Below, piece by piece: positions 30,671 through 41,762 of a stretch of DNA of 64,000 nucleotides. Numbering within the stretch: position 1 is the first letter of the stretch; every line of letters starts with the position of its first letter. The notes beneath the pieces are model-generated. The model was not told the origin of the DNA. It did no database searches and saw only the letters and a program-made list of their open reading frames with translations. Origin of the DNA: an uncultured candidatus Porisulfidus sp. (lineage in GTDB: Bacteria > Pseudomonadota > Gammaproteobacteria > Poriferisulfidales > Poriferisulfidaceae); contig CBDASZ010000001.1 of the NCBI GenBank assembly GCA_965199755.1, positions 64,001 through 128,000 of the forward strand, read 5' to 3'. A program made the translations under genes and the position numbers.

Positions 30671-32035
30671 TCAGCCCGCTAAACGGATGAAGTCATTGTA
30701 CAGGGCAAGCAGCATCAGTGCCGAAAGCACGGCGATGCCGACGCGCTGCGCGGCGGCTTCCACACGCTCAGCGACCGGGCGGCGGGTCACCGCTTCAACC
30801 GCACACCAGACCAGATGTCCGCCGTCAAGAACCGGAATTGGCAGCAAATTCAAAATCCCCAGACTCAAACTCAGCAGCGCCATCATCGACAGAAACGCGG
30901 TCAGCCCGTTCATGGCGGAACTGCCCGCGAAAGAGGCAATGCCGACTGGTCCGCTGATCGACTTGGGAGACACCTCACCGATCACCAAACGGCCTAACAC
31001 CTTCAGCGTCAGCACCGTGTACTCGCCAGTGCGCTCCAGTCCCCGCATTAGACTTTCGCCGAGCGGATAATTGACGGTGACTTGCAGTTCTCTCAGCAAT
31101 ACTTCATCCACGTAGGGCAACACGCCCAGCCGTCCCGACACTGCGCCTGAGTCGATCACCGCATCAATTCGCGCTTCACGCGACAGCACTTGCCCGTCGC
31201 GCTCCCATTCCAGCAGCACCTGCTGTCCGCCGCGCGAGCGCACCGCTTCGGTCAAGCCCTGCCAAGAGGCAATCGGCTGCGTCGCCAGACTCAGTATGCG
31301 ATCTCCGGACTGCAGACCTGCGGCCTGCGCCGCCGAGCCGGAACTGACCTCGCCGATGATCGGCGCTGAGGTCGCGCGCATGGGGGACATCCCCAAGGCG
31401 GAGAGGACATTTTCGTTTTTCAAAAGGCCCGCGCCGGGCTCAAGTTGCAATTGCCGATACAGGCCCTGCTGGGTGTGCACCTCCAGCACCATGGCGTCGC
31501 CCTTCATGCCGGAGTCCAGCAACGGCACCAGCATATCCGACCACGAGCGCACGGGTTGGCTGTTGATCTCCAGAATTTCATCACCGAACGCAAGGCCAGC
31601 CTGCGCTGCGGGTGAGTCCTGCTGCACATGACCGACGAGCGGACGAAGTCCAGTCTCGCCCACCCACGACACCAGCGCATACAGAAAGACCGCCAGAATG
31701 AAATTGAAGATCGGCCCCGCCGCGATGATCATCGCGCGCTGGGTAAGCGGCTTGCCGGTGAATTCCTGCGCCTGCTCCTCAGGCGTAAGTTCTCCGGTAT
31801 CCGGATCGCGTTTGTCCAGCATCTTGACGTAGCCGCCCAGCGGCCAGCGTGCCAGCACCCACTCGGTGCCTGTACGCTCAGAGACATGGCAGAACAGCGG
31901 ACGTCCGAAGCCCACCGAGAACCGCAGCACACGAACCCCACACTTGCGCGCCACCCAGTAATGGCCGAATTCGTGGAAGCTGATCAAAATCGAAATGGCC
32001 AGCAGAAACGCCCCAACGCTGATTAAAAAAGTCAT
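30671..32035 (-). CDS. rseP: RIP metalloprotease RseP
   Basis: HEFGH, PLGGYVKM, two PDZ domains, NLLPIPVLDGGH. Confidence 0.96.
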   Translation of the reverse strand: MTFLISVGAFLLAISILISFHEFGHYWVARKCGVRVLRFSVGFGRPLFCHVSERTGTEWVLARWPLGGYVKMLDKRDPDTGELTPEEQAQEFTGKPLTQRAMIIAAGPIFNFILAVFLYALVSWVGETGLRPLVGHVQQDSPAAQAGLAFGDEILEINSQPVRSWSDMLVPLLDSGMKGDAMVLEVHTQQGLYRQLQLEPGAGLLKNENVLSALGMSPMRATSAPIIGEVSSGSAAQAAGLQSGDRILSLATQPIASWQGLTEAVRSRGGQQVLLEWERDGQVLSREARIDAVIDSGAVSGRLGVLPYVDEVLLRELQVTVNYPLGESLMRGLERTGEYTVLTLKVLGRLVIGEVSPKSISGPVGIASFAGSSAMNGLTAFLSMMALLSLSLGILNLLPIPVLDGGHLVWCAVEAVTRRPVAERVEAAAQRVGIAVLSALMLLALYNDFIRLAG

Positions 32036-33198
32036 AGCGTCTCCATCACCGTGCGGGCGCGATCGCGGGCCTCCTCATCGGTGGCGATCACTTCCTCAAT
32101 ATCCTGCGCCTCCGCGGCATAATTCCCGTCCAGAGTCTTCTCCACCACCACCGGGATCTGGGTGAAGCGAATGTGTCCTTGCAAGAACCCTGCCACCGCG
32201 ATTTCGTTGGCCGCGTTCAGCACGATCGGCACTTTGCCGCCGGCCTCCAGTGCTTGACGCGCCAGATCTAGACACGGATAGCGCCCCGGTTCCGGTGGTG
32301 CCCAGGTCAGTGGTGAGCATTTGGCCAGTTTCAGCGCGTCCACGCCGGTCGTGCAGCGCTCCGGGTAGAACAGGGTGTGTGCGATGGCGACGCGCATATC
32401 CGGCGGTCCCAGATGCGCCATGGTCGAGCCGTCGCGCAGGGTGACCAGCGCGTGCACCAGAGATTGCGGATGGATCAGCACATTGATCTGCGGGGATTCG
32501 AGATTGAACAGCCACTTGGCTTCGATCAATTCCAGACCCTTGTTCATCATGGTCGCGGAATCCACTGAGATCTTCGGCCCCATGCGCCAGTTCGGATGCG
32601 CGATCGCTTGTTCGGGAGTCACGTGTTCCAGCGCCTCCAGCGGCGTCTCCCGGAATGGCCCGCCTGAGGCGGTCAGCACAATGCTTTCGATATCGTCAGT
32701 TTCGGCACCGGCCAGACACTGGAACACCGCGTTGTGCTCGCTGTCGACCGGCAGCAGCGTGCAGTCATGCGCACGCACCGTCTCCATGAACACCCGACCG
32801 CCGGCAACCAGCGCTTCCTTTCCGGCCAGAAGCACGCGCCGTCCGGCCTTGGCCGCCGCCAGCGTCGATGCCATGCCGGCCATGCCCACAATGCCAGCCA
32901 TAACGCAGTCGGCATTGGTGTCAGCCGCCAGTTCACATAACTCATCGTTGCCCGACAAGACTTCCGTCGGCAGTGACTCACGGCGCACCGCTTCCGCCAA
33001 TTCCTTCGCCGCATCTGGGTTGACCATGGCCGCATAGCGCGGACGGTGTGTACGGCATTGCTCCAGCAAGCCGTCGACCCGTGAATACGCGCTGAGCGCG
33101 TAGACTTCCACCTGATCCGGATGGCGTGTGGCCAGGTCCAGCGTATTGACGCCGATCGTTCCAGTCGCACCGAGCACCGTCAGACGCATCGCGCTCAT
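32032..33198 (-). CDS. dxr: 1-deoxy-D-xylulose-5-phosphate reductoisomerase
   Basis: LGATGTIG, PVDSEH, HPNWRMGPKISVDSATMMNKGLE, NAANE. Confidence 0.96.
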   Translation of the reverse strand: MSAMRLTVLGATGTIGVNTLDLATRHPDQVEVYALSAYSRVDGLLEQCRTHRPRYAAMVNPDAAKELAEAVRRESLPTEVLSGNDELCELAADTNADCVMAGIVGMAGMASTLAAAKAGRRVLLAGKEALVAGGRVFMETVRAHDCTLLPVDSEHNAVFQCLAGAETDDIESIVLTASGGPFRETPLEALEHVTPEQAIAHPNWRMGPKISVDSATMMNKGLELIEAKWLFNLESPQINVLIHPQSLVHALVTLRDGSTMAHLGPPDMRVAIAHTLFYPERCTTGVDALKLAKCSPLTWAPPEPGRYPCLDLARQALEAGGKVPIVLNAANEIAVAGFLQGHIRFTQIPVVVEKTLDGNYAAEAQDIEEVIATDEEARDRARTVMETL

Positions 33199-34013
33199 GG
33201 CACCCCCGCCGCAGGCCGTATCACCTGCATGCCCAGCGCAAACACCGGTGTGATCGCGATTATTGAATCCACCCGATCCAGCACGCCGCCGTGCCCCGGC
33301 AGCAAGACGCCGCTGTCTTTGGCTCCGGCGATACGTTTGAGCAGGCTTTCCGCCAGATCGCCGACCACCGCGAAACACGCGCACAGCGCGGCGAACGCCA
33401 CAAACACAAACCAGCCGACGGGTTCAAGCCCCAGCACCACAGCCAGCAACAAGGCCAGCAGCACCGCACCGCCCACGCCACCGACGAAGCCGGCGCGGGT
33501 CTTGTTCGGCGAGATGTCCGGGGCCAGCAGGGTCTTGCCGAAGCGCCGCCCGAACTCGTAGCCGCCAATATCAACTGCCGCCACCCACAGCAGCAACAGC
33601 AACAGATCCGACGTCGGCATCCACATCAGTAGCACCGCCGCGATCGGGATAGCGAGCATGCCGATATTCATCTGCAATATGACCTCCAGAATAATCGGCC
33701 ACCTTCTGACGCACAAGCGCAGCGCAAACGCAACCCACAGCACCAGCGCCAGAATGTGCACGGAGGTGAAGTATTCCAGCGGCAGCCACAAGGCCCCGCT
33801 GGTGGCGAGAAGCCCGGAAAGCAGGAGCGTGATGATCTGGACCTTGTCCTGGCCGAACAGACAGGCCCACTCAAAAATCGCGATGATGGCGGCAAGCGCG
33901 ACCAGTCCCTGCCAGATCCAGGCGGTGTCGTACCCCTCGCGAAGCGACAACGCCACCGCGACAGCCAGAACCAGAAGCAGTGCGGTGCGCACCCGTAGCT
34001 GCGACAAAATCAT
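33195..34013 (-). CDS. cdsA: Phosphatidate cytidylyltransferase
   Basis: ISPNKT and GDLAESLLKR..GAKDSG..LPGHGGVLDRVDS. Confidence 0.95.
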   Translation of the reverse strand: MILSQLRVRTALLLVLAVAVALSLREGYDTAWIWQGLVALAAIIAIFEWACLFGQDKVQIITLLLSGLLATSGALWLPLEYFTSVHILALVLWVAFALRLCVRRWPIILEVILQMNIGMLAIPIAAVLLMWMPTSDLLLLLLWVAAVDIGGYEFGRRFGKTLLAPDISPNKTRAGFVGGVGGAVLLALLLAVVLGLEPVGWFVFVAFAALCACFAVVGDLAESLLKRIAGAKDSGVLLPGHGGVLDRVDSIIAITPVFALGMQVIRPAAGVP

Positions 34014-34693
34014 GCGCCGCTTACGCCGAAGCGTCGGTCCCGAGCCGCAAACCAGCCCAATGCGGCATCAAATTGCAGCTCATCAAAATCCGGCCACAGC
34101 GTATCCGTGAAGTAAAACTCAGTATACGCCATCTGCCACAGCATGAAGTTGCTGAGCCGGCGCTCTCCGCCTGTGCGAATCAGCAAATCCGGCTCTGAAA
34201 GCCCGGCGGTGTCCAGCCGCGCCGAGACCGTCTCCTCGGTGATCGCGACCTCTTCTTCCTGACAGCGCTCCACCGCCCGCAGCAGATCCTGCCGCCCGCC
34301 ATAGTGCATGGCTACACACACGGTGAGGCGGGGATCGTCCGGCACCCGCTTATGCAGTTGTTCAATCTGTCGGCGTAAACCCGACGCGAAACATTGCAGA
34401 TCACCGATCACGCGCAGCTGCACGCCGCGCGCGAGGAAATCCTCGGTGTGCTCGGACAGGGCTTCGGCGAACAACTGCAACAGCAAGGACACCTGTCGCG
34501 CCGGACGGTGTCGATTCTCGTTGCTGAAGGTGAACAGGCTCAGTACGCTGATGTTGCGCTTGAGCGCATGCTCCACCAGCCGGCTGGTGATGTCCATGCC
34601 GGCGCGATAGCCGGCCTCGTAAGAACGACGCCGACGCCGCGCCCAGCGGCGATTGCCATCCATAATCAGGGCGACGTGAGCGGGATAATCCAT
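34010..34693 (-). CDS. uppS: Undecaprenyl diphosphate synthase
   Basis: IMDGNRRW, FSNEN, PDLLIRTGGERRLSNF, RRFG. Confidence 0.94.
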   Translation of the reverse strand: MDYPAHVALIMDGNRRWARRRRRSYEAGYRAGMDITSRLVEHALKRNISVLSLFTFSNENRHRPARQVSLLLQLFAEALSEHTEDFLARGVQLRVIGDLQCFASGLRRQIEQLHKRVPDDPRLTVCVAMHYGGRQDLLRAVERCQEEEVAITEETVSARLDTAGLSEPDLLIRTGGERRLSNFMLWQMAYTEFYFTDTLWPDFDELQFDAALGWFAARDRRFGVSGA

Positions 34694-34722
34694 GGCAACA
34701 GATCTGCGGCGCACGCCTTCGG

Positions 34723-35280
34723 TCAGACTTCGAGCAGGGCTTTCTCTTTTTCCGCGGCCAGGTGCTCTGCGTCGCGAATCGCGTCGTCGGTCAGTTGTTG
34801 CACGACGTCCTGATCGTGGCGTTCCTCGTCTTCCGTGAGGTCTTTCTCTTTGAGCAGTTCTTTCAGCATCTGATTGGCGTCGCGGCGCACATTGCGGATC
34901 GACACACGCGCCTCTTCAAGCGTCTCGCGCACCACGCGAGCCTGCTCGCGCCGGCGTTCCTCGGTCAGCGGCGGCATTGGGAGGCGCACCACCTGGCCTG
35001 CGGTATTCGGTGTGATGCCCAAATTGGAGCTCGCCAGCGCCCGCTCGACTCCCTGCACCATGCTTTGCTCCCAGACCTGCACCACCAGCGTGCGCCCTTC
35101 CTCAACGGTGACGCTACCGACCTGCGAGATCGGCGTCTCCACGCCGTAGTACTCGACCCGGATCGGGTCCAGCAGGCTCGGATGCGCACGGGCCGTGCGA
35201 ATGCGGGTCAGCGCCTCGCTTAGCACTTTCAGGCTTTTTTGCATGCGCACACGCGCATCGTCGAGTATTTCTTCACGCAT
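34723..35280 (-). CDS. frr: Ribosome recycling factor
   Basis: [21 protein letters not shown]. Confidence 0.96.
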   Translation of the reverse strand: MREEILDDARVRMQKSLKVLSEALTRIRTARAHPSLLDPIRVEYYGVETPISQVGSVTVEEGRTLVVQVWEQSMVQGVERALASSNLGITPNTAGQVVRLPMPPLTEERRREQARVVRETLEEARVSIRNVRRDANQMLKELLKEKDLTEDEERHDQDVVQQLTDDAIRDAEHLAAEKEKALLEV

Positions 35281-36001
35281 TTCCACCCTCCGAATCGACC
35301 AGAGTCCCGACCGCCTCGCCATCAATCGCGCGCGTCAGCGCGCCGGACTCGAACACGTTAAACACCCGCACCGGCATGCGGTGATCGCGGCACAGCACCA
35401 GCGCAGTGGAGTCCATGACTTCCAGTTTGCGCGCCAGCGCCTCATCGTAGTGAATATGCGCGAAGCGCTCGGCCTCAGGGTTGGTCATCGGATCCTCCGA
35501 GTACACGCCGTCCACCTTGGTCGCCTTGAATAGAATTTCGGCATTGATTTCCACCGCGCGCAGACTGGCTGCCGAATCGGTGGTGAAGAACGGATTGCCG
35601 GTGCCTGAGGCGAAGATGACCAAACGGTCTTTCTCCAGATGGCGCACCGCGCGACGGCGGATATAGTTCTCGCACACCTGCGGCACGGGTACCGCCGACA
35701 TGACCCGACAGGCTACCGCGTGCTGCTCCAGCGCATCCTGCAGCGCCAGCGCATTGATCAGCGTGCCTAACATACCCATGTGATCGGCGGTCACCCGGTC
35801 GGTGCCGGCACCCTGAAGATCCTTGCCGCGAACGATATTGCCGCCGCCGATGACTACCGCCAGCTGCACACCTTGCTCGACGGCAGCTGCCATGTCGCGC
35901 GCCAGCGCGGTGACGGCTTCGGGGTCAATGCCATGAGCGCGGCCGCCCATTAACGCCTCACCGCTTAATTTCAACAGAATGCGGCAGTAGGCGGCGGCCA
36001 T
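35273..36001 (-). CDS. pyrH: UMP kinase
   Basis: [29 protein letters not shown]. Confidence 0.97.
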   Translation of the reverse strand: MAAAYCRILLKLSGEALMGGRAHGIDPEAVTALARDMAAAVEQGVQLAVVIGGGNIVRGKDLQGAGTDRVTADHMGMLGTLINALALQDALEQHAVACRVMSAVPVPQVCENYIRRRAVRHLEKDRLVIFASGTGNPFFTTDSAASLRAVEINAEILFKATKVDGVYSEDPMTNPEAERFAHIHYDEALARKLEVMDSTALVLCRDHRMPVRVFNVFESGALTRAIDGEAVGTLVDSEGGNA

Positions 36002-36010
36002 AGCAGGGTC

Positions 36011-36883
36011 TCAGTCGGTATTGCTGAACTTCTCGGTCTGGGCGCGCACTTCTTCGGCGAAGTTCTCCTGCTTTTTCTCCAGACCTTCACCCACTTCCAG
36101 ACGCACGAACTCGCGCACGGAAGCGCCTTTGGCGCTCAACACCTTGCCGACTGCGGTGTCGGCATCCAGCACATAAGCCTGACCGAGCAGCGTGATGCCA
36201 GCCAGGTACTTGCGCAGCCGGCCTTCGATCATTTTCTCAATGATTTCCGGCGGCTTGCCGGATTCTTCAGCTTGCGCCTTGAAGACGTCGCGCTCAGACT
36301 GCAACAATTCCTCCGGCACATCCGCATCGCTCACGCAGACCGGATTAAAGGCGGCCACGTGCATGGCCAATCCCCGTCCCAGTTCGTCATCGCCATCGTG
36401 CGCCACCAGTGCGCCGATGCGCCGGTTGTGCACATAACAACCCAGTGCGCCATCGCCAGCCTGCAGCCGGATTATGCGGCGGACCTGAATGTTCTCGCCG
36501 AGTTTCGAGATCAGATCAAGGCGCTGCTCCTCAAAGCCCTGCGCCATTAGTGCGTCTACTTCTGTCGCGCCTGAGGTCAGTGCCGCATCCGCGCACGCTT
36601 GTCCGAATTGCAGAAAACTCTCATCCTTGGCGACAAAGTCTGTCTCACTGTTGACTTCCAGCAACAATGCTTCAGAACCGTCCTCAGTCTGCGCCAGCAG
36701 CATCGCGCCTTCTGCGGTGATGCGCCCAGACTTCTTATCGGCCTGCGCCTGTCCGCTGGTGCGCAGATGACGCGCGGCCGCTTCCAGATCGCCGTCGCAT
36801 TCGACCAGCGCCTGCTTGCACTGCATCATGCCGACGCCCGTGCGCTCGCGCAATTCCTTAACCTGTTGCGCACTGATGCTCAT
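36011..36883 (-). CDS. tsf: Elongation factor Ts
   Basis: [28 protein letters not shown]. Confidence 0.97.
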   Translation of the reverse strand: MSISAQQVKELRERTGVGMMQCKQALVECDGDLEAAARHLRTSGQAQADKKSGRITAEGAMLLAQTEDGSEALLLEVNSETDFVAKDESFLQFGQACADAALTSGATEVDALMAQGFEEQRLDLISKLGENIQVRRIIRLQAGDGALGCYVHNRRIGALVAHDGDDELGRGLAMHVAAFNPVCVSDADVPEELLQSERDVFKAQAEESGKPPEIIEKMIEGRLRKYLAGITLLGQAYVLDADTAVGKVLSAKGASVREFVRLEVGEGLEKKQENFAEEVRAQTEKFSNTD

Positions 36884-37878
36884 GACTTGACTTCTTCTTC
36901 GGTGTCCGCCGGTGCCACCTCAGCGGGAGCTTCTGCTTCAGCAGTCGGTTCCACAGCGGCGGGTGCCTCTTCCACTTGAGCGGTCTCGACCGCTTCTAGC
37001 TCGACTTCCTTGGGGGCGTCCGATTCGGCAGATTCGTCCGCAGTGTCTTTCGCCTTGGCTTTCTTCGGCTTCTTGTCTACCGCGTCAGCCTTGCCTTTCT
37101 TCGGGCCCGCGCGCAGCAGGGTGCGTTTGCCCTTGCGTTCCACGGAATCCGCACGTGGGCGGCGAACCGTGGGCATCGTCGCGCTGTCTTCCTCGGCCTG
37201 TTTGCGTCCCTCAAGAATCGCCTCGCAGACAATCTCCATATACAGCCGCACCGAACGAATCGCGTCATCATTGCCGGGGATCACATAGTCAATGCCGTCG
37301 GTGGAACTGTTGGTGTCCACCACCGCGATCACCGGAATGTTCAGGCGCTGCGCTTCGCGCACCGCGATGTTCTCATAGCGCACATCAATCACGAACAGCG
37401 CGTCCGGCAGACGCTCCATTTCTTCAATGCCGCCGAGACTGCGATTGAGTTTGACCTGCTCGCGGTCAAGCCGCAAGGCTTCCTTCTTGCTCAAGCGTTT
37501 GCGCAAGCCCTCTTCATCCATACGCCGCAGATCCTGCAAGCGCTTGATGGAATTGCGCACCGTATGAAAGTTGGTCAGCGTGCCACCGAGCCAGCGGTGC
37601 GCCACATACGGCACCTGGCACTCCTCGGCCTTGGCGCGAACAATGTCCTGCGCTGCACGCTTGGTACCAACCACCAAAATGGTCTTGCCTTCGGCTGCGA
37701 CCTGACGGATCGCGTCGGCCGCCTCATCCAGCATGCGCTGGGTGATTTCCAGATTGAAAATGTGAATTTTGTTGCGCTCGCCGAAAATATACGGTGCCAT
37801 CCCCGGATTCCAGTATCGGGTCTGATGCCCGAAATGGACACCGGCTTCCAGCATTTCGCGCAAGGTGGCGCGTGGCAT
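36880..37878 (-). CDS. rpsB: 30S ribosomal protein S2 with long C-terminal extension
   Basis: [35 protein letters not shown]. Confidence 0.97.
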   Translation of the reverse strand: MPRATLREMLEAGVHFGHQTRYWNPGMAPYIFGERNKIHIFNLEITQRMLDEAADAIRQVAAEGKTILVVGTKRAAQDIVRAKAEECQVPYVAHRWLGGTLTNFHTVRNSIKRLQDLRRMDEEGLRKRLSKKEALRLDREQVKLNRSLGGIEEMERLPDALFVIDVRYENIAVREAQRLNIPVIAVVDTNSSTDGIDYVIPGNDDAIRSVRLYMEIVCEAILEGRKQAEEDSATMPTVRRPRADSVERKGKRTLLRAGPKKGKADAVDKKPKKAKAKDTADESAESDAPKEVELEAVETAQVEEAPAAVEPTAEAEAPAEVAPADTEEEVKS

Positions 37879-37883
37879 ATTCG

Positions 37884-37990
37884 CCCTCCTGATGGGTTGT
37901 CAACTTGTCGAAAACCAGTGCGGACAACCCCTTTTCAGTGGAGCACCCCGTCGCGCATCATGACGGTTTCGACGCGAATTTCACACAGGC
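37884..37990 (-). ncRNA. rpsB leader (t44-like, S2 autoregulatory RNA)
   Basis: Minus strand reads GTCGAAACC...GGGGTGCTCC...GGGGTTG...GGTTTTCGAC...AACCC upstream of rpsB, resembling the t44 architecture. Confidence 0.65.
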
Positions 37991-38010
37991 CATGCCCGTG
38001 CGAGGATGCC

Positions 38011-38019
38011 ATTATACAT
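38011..38019 (-). promoter_or_regulatory. Probable rpsB-tsf -10 element
   Basis: TGTATAAT on the minus strand just upstream of the leader. Confidence 0.5.
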
Positions 38020-38350
38020 GGAGGGACTTGTGTGCGATTTACTAATGGGTATTATGAGGTGAGTGCGGGATGGAGTTGGGGCGACTGTCATACCCACCAG
38101 AAATTGAACGTCGCATACCCAGCAGACCGCGGCCACTACTGGTTGATCGGAAGGGGGCAGTTGGGGCGTTGCCCGAACAGTGGAAGCGATGTGCCAACAC
38201 CGAGCGAGAGACAATGGGGATGGCGAGATTTTGCTTACTTGGAAAGAACTGCTCAAAGGTACCGAGAAGCAGGCGATCAGCGCAAACAGTAACTTCCGTA
38301 ACTGTACACGATCTTATGAGAAACTTGGTTTCGGCTAGGGAGATCAGATT

Positions 38351-38599
38351 CTATCGGTGCCTAGCTTTCCACCGCGCAACATCGTTCGGGCGAACAACTA
38401 AAGCTTCCAGATCTGGAGGATACAAGCCCACTTCAAGACGATACAGATCAACACCATTGCTGAGGGCGGAAATCTGAATTCGGGTAGCATCGATATTGGC
38501 TTTATTCAGCCACTTGAAAACCTGCGGTACGGCAATCGACCCGATCAATCCCAAAATTACCAGGACAATAAGTAATTCAAGGAGGGTAAAGCCCCTCAT
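38351..38599 (-). pseudogene. gspG: Truncated type II secretion major pseudopilin GspG
   Basis: Prepilin G|FTLLELL with hydrophobic helix, LYRLEVG.YP..LEALV; stops at 82 aa where W.GPY and the C-terminal half are expected. Confidence 0.75.
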
Positions 38600-38848
38600 T
38601 CGGGAAAGAGTTTGAGATCATGCCTTCATTTTACTATTTTGGTCTCATTCTGTATGAGATCAAGACCTAGGCCACGGGATTTACGGCAAGCGGGTATAAT
38701 CACTTGCTTCATAAGGAACGTATCGTGGAATTACGCCGCGCGTCCGCCGAATAAGGCGTTTCGCCCGGACGTGAAGTTTTGGCTTCACGGTTCCCGAATG
38801 GCCACAACTTCAATCGCTACACGTACACTTTTGAATGAGGAGACCACC

Positions 38849-40261
38849 ATGACACCGGAAGAAATTCTGAAAACCCTCTCGGAGGCCGACGTACGCTACG
38901 TCGACTTCCGTTTCACTGACACGCGCGGCAAGGAGCAGCACGTTTCCGTGCCTTCCGCCGAGATCGACGAGGATCTGTTTGAACACGGCAAAATGTTCGA
39001 CGGCTCATCCATCGCCGGCTGGAAAGGCATCAATGAATCCGACATGATTCTGATGCCGGACCCCTCCACCGCCGTACTCGATCCGTTCTACACCGACACC
39101 ACACTGTTGCTGCGCTGCGATATCATCGAGCCGACGACCATGCGTCCGTATGGTCGCGACAGCCGGGGCATCGCCAAAAAGGCTGAAGCCTACCTGCAGT
39201 CCACTGGTATCGCCGACACCGCCTTTTTTGGGCCGGAACCCGAATTTTTCGTGTTCGAGGGCGTGCGCTGGTCGGATGAGATGCAGCACTGCATGTATGA
39301 AGTGCATTCACAGGAAGGTGCCTGGAGTTCCGCGCAGGATCATTTCGATGAGACCAACCTCGGACACCGTCCGGGCGTGAAAGGCGGCTACTTTCCGGTA
39401 CCGCCGGTCGACAGCCTGCAGGACATCCGCTCCGCAATGTGCGAAACCCTCAGTGAGATGGGCGTGCGGGCTGAAGTACATCATCACGAGGTCGCCACTG
39501 CCGGCCAGTGCGAGATCGGCACCCGGTTCGACTCGCTGGTGCGCCGCGCTGACATGAACCAGATCCTCAAGTATGTGGTGATGAATGTGGCGCATAACTT
39601 TGGCAAGACCGCGACGTTCATGCCCAAACCTCTGGTCGGCGACAACGGCAACGGCATGCACGTGCACCAGTCGCTCAGCAAGGACGGCAAGAACCTGTTC
39701 GCCGGTGACGGCGTCGGCGGACTATCCGAAACCGCGCTGCACTACATCGGCGGCATCATCAAGCACGCGCGCACGATCAACGCTTTCTCCAACGCCTCCA
39801 CCAACAGCTACAAACGGCTGGTGCCAGGCTTTGAAGCACCAGTGTTGCTGGCGTATTCGGCGCGTAACCGTTCGGCTTCAGTGCGCATCCCGCACGTCCC
39901 AAGTCCGCAGCAGCGCCGCCTTGAGGTCCGCTTCGGAGACGCCGCAGGCAACCCTTATCTGACCTTCGCCGCCATGCTGATGGCCGGTCTTGACGGGATT
40001 GCCAACAAGATTGATCCGGGCGAACCGATGGACAAGGATCTGTACGATCTGCCGCCGGAAGAGGAAGCCTCCATTCCTCACGTCTGCCACTCACTGGATC
40101 AGGCGCTGGAAGCACTGGATAGCAACCGGGACTTCCTCAAGGCCGGAGACGTTTTCAACGACGACGCAATTGATGGCTACATTGAACTCAAGATGGAAGA
40201 AGTGACCCGCCTGCGGGCCGCCACGCATCCGGTTGAGTTCGACATGTACTACAGTCTGTAA
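38849..40261 (+). CDS. glnA: Glutamine synthetase type I
   Basis: [44 protein letters not shown]; RBS GAGGAG before the ATG. Confidence 0.98.
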   Translation: MTPEEILKTLSEADVRYVDFRFTDTRGKEQHVSVPSAEIDEDLFEHGKMFDGSSIAGWKGINESDMILMPDPSTAVLDPFYTDTTLLLRCDIIEPTTMRPYGRDSRGIAKKAEAYLQSTGIADTAFFGPEPEFFVFEGVRWSDEMQHCMYEVHSQEGAWSSAQDHFDETNLGHRPGVKGGYFPVPPVDSLQDIRSAMCETLSEMGVRAEVHHHEVATAGQCEIGTRFDSLVRRADMNQILKYVVMNVAHNFGKTATFMPKPLVGDNGNGMHVHQSLSKDGKNLFAGDGVGGLSETALHYIGGIIKHARTINAFSNASTNSYKRLVPGFEAPVLLAYSARNRSASVRIPHVPSPQQRRLEVRFGDAAGNPYLTFAAMLMAGLDGIANKIDPGEPMDKDLYDLPPEEEASIPHVCHSLDQALEALDSNRDFLKAGDVFNDDAIDGYIELKMEEVTRLRAATHPVEFDMYYSL

Positions 40262-40289
40262 AACCGCATCAAGCAGACCTTCTCGCTCG

Positions 40290-41135
40290 ATGCACAGCAT
40301 GACCGCCTTTGCCCGTGCCGAGGTCGCCTTCGGACATGGGCAGATGGTGGTTGAAATCCGCTCGGTCAATCACCGGCTTCTGCAAACAGGACTGCATCTG
40401 CCGCGTGAGTGCTCCGTACTGGAACCGGCATGGCGCAAACAGATACGCGAAGCCTGCGCCCGCGGCAAAGTAGATGTGGCCGCGCACTTTCTGGGCGATC
40501 CGGTCGAAAACCGTCACGAACACCTCAACACGGCGCGCCTGCGCCGCCTGATCAGCCTGAGCCGCCGGATCGCGCCAGCCGCAGACATCTCCCGTCTGCT
40601 GGAACTGAACACGGTCTGGAACGTCCAGCACATTTCGCCGGAATCCCTGCACCCGATCGCGCAACAGGGCTTCGACCAAGCGCTAGAGACCTTTGTCGAA
40701 CAGCGCGAATGCGAGGGTGCGCGGCTGGACAAAATCCTGCGCGAGCATTTCGACATCATCCGCCAGTGTGTCACCGCCGTGCGCGAGCGCCGACCGGAAG
40801 TCCGCGACGCCTTGCGCGGGCGCTGGGAAAACAAACTGGAAGAACTGAAGACCTCCATGGACGCGCATCGGCTGGAGCAGGAGATCGCCATAGAACTGGT
40901 GCACACGGACATTGAGGAAGAACTCGACCGACTCGACAGCCATATCGTGGAAACAGAAAAGACTCTGGACTCCTCCGGCCCGCAAGGGCGCAAACTAGAC
41001 TTCCTGATGCAGGAATTCGCGCGCGAAGCCAGCACACTGGCCTCCAAGTCGCACGATAATGAAACCAGCCGTATCGCCGTGGACCTCAAAGTCGTCATCG
41101 ACCAGATGCGCGAACAGGTCCAGAATGTGGAGTGA
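40290..41135 (+). CDS. yicC: YicC/YloC family endoribonuclease
   Basis: SMTAF, EIRSVNHR, GRKLDFLMQE..RE, terminal MREQVQNVE. Confidence 0.93.
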   Translation: MHSMTAFARAEVAFGHGQMVVEIRSVNHRLLQTGLHLPRECSVLEPAWRKQIREACARGKVDVAAHFLGDPVENRHEHLNTARLRRLISLSRRIAPAADISRLLELNTVWNVQHISPESLHPIAQQGFDQALETFVEQRECEGARLDKILREHFDIIRQCVTAVRERRPEVRDALRGRWENKLEELKTSMDAHRLEQEIAIELVHTDIEEELDRLDSHIVETEKTLDSSGPQGRKLDFLMQEFAREASTLASKSHDNETSRIAVDLKVVIDQMREQVQNVE

Positions 41136-41163
41136 TTAAGTATTCCACCACACTTTTGACTGG

Positions 41164-41652
41164 ATGATCTCTCTGGCAATCCTGACTTGTGGCGGAACCT
41201 TTGACAAGGTTTATCACGATGCCCTGAGTGCCTACACCATTGGCGCGCCATGCGCGCCGGATATTCTGGCCGAGGCCGGCATACGCGGCGACGGCTGGGA
41301 ATTGATTGAGGTCATGCGCAAAGACAGCCTCGACATGACCGACGCTGACCGCGACACTCTGTATCAGGCGGTGGTCAACTGCAGCGCAACGCATTTGGTG
41401 ATCATTCATGGCACCGACACGATGGTGGATTCCGCCGCGCGTCTGGCCGACATTGAAGACAAAACCATCGTATTCACCGGCGCGATGAGTCCGGCGCGCT
41501 TTCGGCAAACCGACGCGCCTTTCAATACCGGCTTTGCCATCGCCTCCGCCCTGCATGCCGTGCCCGGCATCTATATCGCCATGGGCGGACAACTGCACTC
41601 CCACGATCAGGTACGCAAGAATCGCGAACAAGGCCGCTTTGAAGCGACCTGA
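41164..41652 (+). CDS. Short asparaginase-domain protein
   Basis: TCGGTFDK, HGTDTM, VFTGAM.P; N-terminal asparaginase domain only. Confidence 0.85.
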   Translation: MISLAILTCGGTFDKVYHDALSAYTIGAPCAPDILAEAGIRGDGWELIEVMRKDSLDMTDADRDTLYQAVVNCSATHLVIIHGTDTMVDSAARLADIEDKTIVFTGAMSPARFRQTDAPFNTGFAIASALHAVPGIYIAMGGQLHSHDQVRKNREQGRFEAT

Positions 41653-41660
41653 AGCAGTGC

Positions 41661-41691
41661 CCCTTGAAATTGGGACCACTCACTCCCATTA
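41661..41691 (+). promoter_or_regulatory. Sigma-32 (RpoH) heat-shock promoter
   Basis: CCCTTGAAA and CCCATTA about 15 bp apart upstream of hsp20, matching the RpoH consensus. Confidence 0.75.
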
Positions 41692-41762
41692 AAAGAGTAA
41701 GGAAACAGGGCTGGCACCCATGGTGCGAGACCTGTACAACAACTACCAGTAAGGAGGGAATA

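Noticed and set aside
37564-38292. 242-aa + strand ORF
   Set aside because: Runs antisense through rpsB and its leader; no recognisable domain
38612-38848. 79-codon N-terminal extension of GlnA in the ORF track
   Set aside because: A strong RBS precedes the ATG at 38849 and GlnA homology starts there
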